Shown: piece by piece, positions 56,538-64,000 of the stretch
Layout of the letters: the number at the start of each line of letters is the position of its first letter
Position numbering within the stretch: the stretch's first letter is position 1
Assembly: GCA_951406725.2 (NCBI GenBank)
Contig: OX597823.1
Span: 10,726,001 to 10,790,000, forward strand
Origin: Octopus vulgaris
Taxonomy: Eukaryota
Length of the DNA: 64,000 nt
Direction: 5' to 3'
The notes under the pieces: generated by a model
What the model was told of the DNA's origin: nothing
Databases searched by the model: none
What the model saw: only the letters and a program-made list of their open reading frames with translations
Position numbers and translations under genes: made by a program

Positions 56538-57952
56538 GAGGAGGAAGAGGAGGTCAAGGGTGGGGGGGTTGTTATTGTTGCTATATAGTTCCAAGACAGT
56601 CGTAATTAAGAAACCAATATCGAAAGAGACATCCAGCCGTGACTATCTAATCGTATTTTCATATGAAGTGTATCTACAAATGAATCATGCGCTTTTCCTT
56701 TTTTTTTTAAAGCAGTACAATACCATTTAATGGAAATTTGATTGCTATTTCTAATAGATTGAAAGATTGCTTAAGGTTCTCTTTCTGTCACATTTTTGAT
56801 TAATAGGTTGGATTGACATATATAAATGTTTTTGGATAAGTATGAACGTCTCTATACATCCTCTCAGTTCGTCTAATGTTTTACGCCTGGGTAAGAAGAA
56901 GCCATTTTAATCTAGCGTGATCACAAATGTAGTACAATTGTGGAGACAAACTAATTATTCCTGTAGTTCAGTCGTTATTTATTTAATTCGTACTTACCTA
57001 CCGACAATAAGCTATACGTGTCAAGGTCTCTGCTACACAAGGAGTTTTGAAAAATCTCCATCATATTTTCTCGACATACTAGAAATAATATCCGGATGTC
57101 ACTCGAATTATACCCAACAGTCTTAACTGATAAAGTAGCCCTCAGAGTACTCGACGTGAGAAAAACATACAGCTTCGTCACGGTTGGAATGCTTTTGGCC
57201 ACAGATCAGTTTCATCAATGCTAACCTCGGCTTAAGCAATAAAAATATTATCTGCAGTTCAAGAGTTTTTATAATGGCTTCTCTGCCTCTGAGTTATTAA
57301 GTTTCGAATCACCCCTACCTCAGCCTGTCTAATGGACTCGTTCCTACTCTTTCCTTCATTCATGCTGTATTTCAGTCTCAGAGATACAGCACTAAATAGT
57401 TTCTTCAATGCTTCCTCCCCAGAACTACAACACCTTGGAATGACTTAAGAAATTCAAACTAAGTACTTATTGCATCGACAAGTCTTTGGTTACCTTAGGT
57501 ATCGCTCTTCCACCTCTAAAAATATAAAATATGGTTGCAGAGGTAAGAGGTGGTGGTAAGTGCATCAATATAATTGTGAAGATGTTTGCAGTAGCAGAAG
57601 AATGATGGCGTCCACTAAGTTGATGATAGGAGACCATGAATAGGTTTTCAAAAGCTCTTGAAAATGTTACATTTAGAATACAATGATGCGTGGAAAATAC
57701 ATGAAACTCATTTCACAATTGTTTTTTCTCTAAAATATTTTATACTTTATATACTTTCTTTTTAGTTCATTAAAAACTATCCACTTTCACTATCCTTCAT
57801 ACTGTTAACATAGTCTCAAATTACACACTTCAACTTTTCAAACACAGATTGTATTCATGAAAGAAAAACAAAAATGACAAGATTATCAAAACTGAAATCG
57901 CTTTCTTCATAATTTTGCTCACTAAAGTCTAAACTGGATTTTGAAAGATGTG

Positions 57953-58022
57953 GGGCGCCTGGAGTCAGACTCGAACTCATTGCACTATATTCAGTTGTCC
58001 GATACCTTAACCACTGAGCTAT
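57953..58022 (-). other. Isolated tRNA-like head (pseudo-tRNA or SINE head)
   Basis: Minus strand TAGCTCAGTGGTTAAG (box A) ... GAGTTCGAGTC (box B); cloverleaf not intact. Confidence 0.4.
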
Positions 58023-58461
58023 TATTAAGTTTTCTTGAATTTATTACAAGTATATGCTACAGTAATTATTTACTTTCCTCGAATTACTAAATAACTATTT
58101 TGTTATGGTAAATATAATCCATTAATGCATCCCTAATATATTTCTCCATATTACTTTGGGGAGATTAAATATAAATTATATTATGGCTGGATTTGAATTC
58201 AAAAGTTAGTAGGGTGAAGCTGTATAGTATTTTGCCTTATACTCTGCTGTTTCTAGCATCGCATTCATCTCAGTATTATATCTATTATGTTCATTGAATT
58301 CAAGAAAATCATCTGGTAGGAAGGAGGAGGTGCTGTTGTTGTTGGGTTTCAGATCAAAGAGGATCAATAAGTCCCATGACAAGACATAATCCAGCCTTGA
58401 GAAGTGCATGCTACCTCCAGCCCGGTGCATCTAGATTCACATTAACTAGCATAAGAGGAGG

Positions 58462-58780
58462 AGACCCCTTCGGTCATGAATGACCATGGGATTGCACCGA
58501 GGCACAAGTCAGGGCAAGGTTGTTTATGGAAGACCAGCAGTCGCCCATGCATACTGGCCTCCCCTCTCCACGCCACCAATGTAATCCAAGGGAAAGGCAA
58601 AGGGGCCGATACAGCTTGACACCAGTGATGTCGCAATTCATTTCTACAGCTGAGTGAACTGGAGCAACGTGAAATAAAGTGTCTTGCTCAAGAACACAAC
58701 ACGCAGCCCGGACCGGGAATCGAACTCACAACCTCACGATCGTAAAATCGACACTCTAACCACTGAGCCATGCGCCTTCA
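58462..58780 (-). mobile_element. SINE family D
   Basis: Reverse complement of the 16051 family. Confidence 0.88.
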
Positions 58781-59625
58781 CTGCATAAACGTATCTATTT
58801 TCAAAGTAAGAAGCTTTTTTTTTATGGAAATGACTAATTTTATGAAAATGTAAGATAGTAAAGGCAAATAACGAGTATTCTGGCGCTAACAATTGGGTAT
58901 TGTTTAAAATTGAAGTTTAAGTGGATAGAATTGACGTAAATTTCAGTGAAACTGGAAAGTTTTAGAAGTGAAAGTGAATAATATTTAAAACTGAAATATG
59001 ATGTAGACTCTTCAAAAATGATCTGAAATTAGACTGTAGGGAAGACAACCGTCTTTTAAAACCGAAGTGTACGTGGGCAGGCGTGTGAACTATAGTGAAA
59101 ACAGACAGTGTTTTTAAAATGGACAGTAGCGAAAATCTTTAGAACTAAACCAAAATTGAACATTCGTGTGAACTGTAATGAAAGGAGGCAGTCTTTAGAA
59201 CTAAATTCAGAATGGATAGACAGAACTGAAATTGGACTATCTTGTAAACTGCAATACAATTTTCGTCCATTTATCCCAGTTATTTGGCAGGCAGATTCAA
59301 TCTTTTGCCCCATTGTACAGTTATAAATAGGTACGAAAATTATTCAGCTCACTGCTTGGAGGCTGGTAGCAATCTGTAATGATTAAGTCGTATTTCTTTT
59401 TCTTTTAAGCTTATTACGTTTGAAAACTCTTGGGTGGAGAGATATTTCTCAACATGTTATAATCTTGAATAATTGTATAAACACTACACACTCCAAGCTC
59501 CAGCACAACGCTTTCTAGAAAGAAAATATATTTCGTATAGTTGTTCATCATTCTTTAAGACGTCATCGTAAAAAGGCAGACATTTGCTCTTATTCAATTT
59601 TAATCTTTTAACTTTATTGCAATTC

Positions 59626-59841
59626 AGGCGGCGAGCTGGCAGAATCGTTAGCGTGCTGGACGAAATGCTTAGTGGTATTTCGTCTGTCTTTACGTTCTGA
59701 GTTCTAATTCCACCAAGGTCGACTTTGACTTTCATCCTTTCGGGGTCGATAAAATAAGTACCAGTTGAACACTGAGGTCGATGTAATCGATTCATCCCAC
59801 CCCCAAAAAAAAAAATTGCTACCCTTGTGGAAAATTCGAAA
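59626..59841 (+). mobile_element. Older SINE A-related copy
   Basis: Head and core with a diverged tail, followed by (ATT)n. Confidence 0.8.
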
Positions 59842-59842
59842 C

Positions 59843-59897
<55 letters not shown>

Positions 59898-60582
59898 TGG
59901 TGAGAGAGCAGTGCATGCCATTATTATTATCATTACTATTATTATCATCATCGGCAGCAGCAACAGTAGTAGTAGTAGTAGTGTTTGTTATTGTTGCTAT
60001 ATACAAGTTTTATCAAAATTTTCAAGTGTGAAGTCTACTTTTTATTCAGTTAAATTTTCTTTGCATTTTCATTGTAAAATTCTGGACAAGGAGACCTGCA
60101 CAGTTATTATATTAGAGTACATCTCCATAGTATGTACATCTTCATATAATGTTTATCTCCATAGTATGTTGATTTGTATCAAACTCACATACAGTGTCAT
60201 TAGAGGATTTGCATCCCGTGTGTTGAAAATCACCAAAGACTTCACTGCTTTACTTGTGGTACGACCAAAGAGGGGCGGCTTAGAAGGTTTTTCCTTGATT
60301 TCTAGCGACTCTGCATGGTATTCACTCGAGCATTATTTTTGCTCATCTGTTTTCTGCGACAGACACTTTCATAATGGCTATGCCTGATAGAATATAGGGA
60401 CATTAGCATTTTCACATAGAGACTGTTACCATTAGTTGGCTTTAAACTGCCTGATATCAGTTGAAAGGAATGTCTCTAGCACGGCAATGTTTCAAATCAG
60501 ATCCTAGAAATCCTTACAACTTAAAAGAGATCATGCAGTGCTAGGGTTGCACTGTCAAATACAAGTGGTATCCTAGCATGAC

Positions 60583-61177
60583 AGCGAGCTGGCAGAAACG
60601 TTAGCACGCCAGCGAAATGCGTAGCCGTATTTCGTCTGCTGCTACGTTCTGAATTCAAATTCCACCGAGGTCGACTTTGCCTTTCATCCTTTCGGGGTCG
60701 ATTGAATAAATACCAGTTACGCACTGGGGTCGATATAATCGACTTAATCCGTCTGTCTGTCCTTGTTTGTCCCTTCTGTGTTTAGCCCCTTGTGGGTAGT
60801 AAAGAAATAGGTATTTCGTCTGCCGTTACGTTCTCAGTTCAAATTTCGTCGAGGTTGACTTTGCCGTTCATCCTTTCGGGGTCGATTAAATAAATACCAG
60901 TTACGCACTGGGGTCGATGTAATCGACTTAATCCGTTTGTCTGTCCTTGTTTGTCCCTTCTGTGTTTAGCCCCTTGTGGGTAGTAAAGAAATAGGTATTT
61001 CGTCTGCCGTTACGTTCTCAGTTCAAATTCCGCCGAGGTTGACTTTGCCTTTCATCCTTTCGGGGTCGATTAAATAAGTACCAGTTACGCACTGGGGTCG
61101 ATATAATCGACTTAATCCGTTTGCCTGTCCTTGTTTGTCATCTCTGTGTTTGACCCCTTGTGGGTAGTAAAGAAATA
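60583..61177 (+). mobile_element. SINE family A, 3-unit tandem array
   Basis: TSD GTATCCTAGCATGAC at 60568-60582 and 61179-61193. Confidence 0.92.
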
Positions 61178-61254
61178 TGTATCCTAGCATGACTGTAATA
61201 AACTGATTGGTATAAGAATGACAGTGAAAGAAAAAGAGAATTCTCCATATTGAA

Positions 61255-61673
61255 TATATATAAAAGTAAGGTTGTGTGCTGTCTGTCTCCTACGATTTAG
61301 ATTCCTAACTACTCCCACATTTTGCGGTGCAGTTTAACCAAAAGCGGGTATCTTATAGTCGTGATTCATATCGAGCCCTTCTGGGTATTAGCGCGCGTCT
61401 ACGATGAGTCTACGATTTAAAAAAAAATTACCATCAATTTTTCCCATTTTTAATGCATTTTTGGCATATATAAGGGAAGTAACTCTCTAAAAATTTATTA
61501 TTAAATCTCAGAACGTAAAAAGCTACAGTAACACCCCCCCTTTGTGGTTAACCATATTGAGATGGCTAGTATACTACTAAAAATCTATCAGAAAGGAACT
61601 AGTATATATCTCTAAAAATGCTTATATAGTTATTTCCCTTACAAACCCGAGCAACGCCGGGCGATACTGCTAG
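61255..61673 (+). mobile_element. Non-autonomous Helitron (copy 3, 5' TC missing)
   Basis: Reverse complement of the 11397 family; ends in hairpin plus CTAG|T. Confidence 0.85.
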
Positions 61674-62689
61674 TTGAATATATGATTTTTTAAACATCAA
61701 ACCTATTTTTGACAATGGAGTTTAATTCAGTAATTCGTGTTTGTAGATCAAAATATAACTTCCAATATTTGTTTTATATGTCGGTACATAGTTTGTCTTA
61801 TCTATACATCAGCATTGAACAGAATCCTAATCATATCTATATAAAGAAATTGTCTCTTCTATAAAATGTGACTTTTTTTTTGTTTCTATGCCCCTATATT
61901 TTACACAAATGACGTCAAGTTAATCCCCGTGTAAATTTTCAATTTCGAAAATCCAAAATTAGTCCTGTCATTTAAAATGTCTGATGACCCTAAACTATTC
62001 ACTGAATGGCGGTTTTTATTTGTTTTAATTAAATTTCCTGATGGAAACAAATGAATACAATTTGTACGAGTTTAATTACATCATGATTCACGCATGGAAT
62101 AATTTCAGTTGAAGATATTCAAAAGCGTCACAGTTCTGCAACAGCAACTGAAGAATTGCTCAAATGGAACATCTTTCTATAAAACGCACAATTATTCCAA
62201 TATTTGCTGCTGCAGCAATTTTCTATCATCAATTCCCATCTGGAGCCATATTATTTTCGTCCAACGTTGTTCGCTATTAATTTCTGAACTACACGCCTAC
62301 GTTAATCACTCCCTCCTCTTCCTCTCACTCTTATTGTTTGTTGTAATTTAGTGTTCTTTATTTCATTCCTTATTATGTTTGTTTAGATTCTATTCAACAG
62401 TTTTTAAGTACTGATGTTTTTTTTGCTAATCAACTTAGAAATAAATGATTTTTATGTACACTGTCAATCGACAGCTTTCATTAAGTCTTTCTGTTGTTTT
62501 TTTTGTTTTTTTTAGCAGTAACTAAATGCCAGACGGAAGGCTTTCAATGAATTCGCTAAGTGATCAAGTAAGCGAACACTGTTACCTCAGTTCAGCATTA
62601 TGTCAGTACACGAGACACCTCATCGATCTACGAGTGCGACTAGTACACAAGTATACGTGTACTAAATATTTAATCGTTCTACTCCTTTT

Positions 62690-62824
62690 ATCATCATCAC
62701 CATCATCATCATCATCATCACCATCATCATCATCCTCATCATCATCATCATCACCATCACCATCACCATCACCATCATCATCATCATCATCATCATCTCC
62801 ATCATCACCATCATCATCATCACT

Positions 62825-62897
<73 letters not shown>

Positions 62898-62916
62898 CCA
62901 TCATCACCATCATCAC

Positions 62917-62951
<35 letters not shown>

Positions 62952-62965
62952 CCACCACCACCACC

Positions 62966-63011
<46 letters not shown>

Positions 63012-63025
63012 CCACCACCACCACC

Positions 63026-63059
<34 letters not shown>

Positions 63060-63063
63060 TCAT

Positions 63064-63162
<99 letters not shown>

Positions 63163-63194
63163 TATATATATATTATTATTGCGGCCGTCGTCAT

Positions 63195-63232
<38 letters not shown>
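62690..63232. repeat. (CAT)n/(CAC)n microsatellite
   Basis: Direct reading. Confidence 0.95.
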
Positions 63233-63233
<1 letters not shown>

Positions 63234-63795
63234 TCTTGCTGCTGTCACGAAATTGATTTTATTCAACTGTATTTCAATACACGAGAATGAATATAAATGA
63301 AGACATGCCATTTGTTGTGCATTATGGTGAATATAATTTAGAACGCATTTAACTGTGTGACAAATTCTCATAGAGTCAACACACAGCGGAAGTTAACTAC
63401 AAAGAACGGCTTATTTCGTAAACTCTCCTCTTGCGAATGTAAACATTGGACACTCAAAGTCGAGTAGCTTTTTGTAAAGCGTTGAATAAAAAGGTCCCAA
63501 AAAGTTGCATTCAAGGCGACTTTCTACTTGACCTGAAATATATTATGCGCTATGATATAGCTATAGTTTTTATTAACTAATAATTGAAATAGGAAAAGAA
63601 ATAAATTATGACCACGTATTTCTACAGTAATTATCTTATGTAATAACCTCAGGGCACATAATTGACAGGCTTCTAATGAATTGCATTATATTATAGATTA
63701 TATTAAATGAACTACATGAGAGTCTATAGTAATTTGTAACTGATAATGCTTTAACTTGTATGGAAATAAATACATAAACAGCTTCTGTTTAATGG

Positions 63796-63798
<3 letters not shown>

Positions 63799-63854
<56 letters not shown>

Positions 63855-63867
63855 TAGATAGATAGAA

Positions 63868-63898
<31 letters not shown>

Positions 63899-63931
63899 TA
63901 GAAAGATAGATAGATAGATAGAAAGATAGAT

Positions 63932-63991
<60 letters not shown>

Positions 63992-64000
63992 ATAGAAAGA
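63799..64000. repeat. (TA)n/(GA)n/(GATA)n compound tract
   Basis: Direct reading. Confidence 0.95.

Noticed and set aside
57290-57450. Possible CR1/L2 RT C-terminal remnant (FLPRTTTPWNDL)
   Set aside because: Too short and degenerate to support
61975-62065. CTGATGA...GAAA possible hammerhead
   Set aside because: No convincing stem II and no UH after stem III
62526-63290. 254-aa S/P/H-rich ORF
   Set aside because: Mostly (CAT)/(CAC) microsatellite

Overview
AT-rich, repeat-saturated eukaryotic DNA. It is most likely octopus, inferred from the SINE families and microsatellite density, and intergenic or intronic. No host protein-coding gene is supported, and nearly all ORF-track entries are microsatellite artefacts. 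Real coding remnants are all transposon-derived: three R4/Dong-type RLE LINE fragments in (TAA)n, a Penelope-like RT, a CRE-like RLE fragment and two Tc1/mariner transposases. The window also holds at least four tRNA-derived SINE families, three non-autonomous Helitrons and several MITEs. Two patterns stand out. (1) Eleven minimal type I hammerhead-ribozyme motifs with palindromic stem III sit in short Penelope-end-like elements, most of which terminate in (TA)n tracts. They include non-canonical cores (G3-C8 swap, U4C, A6U). (2) One SINE forms head-less ~185-bp tandem arrays inside a single target-site duplication and appears to target its own GGTAT motif. All motif calls were made by eye and were not confirmed by folding software or database searches.
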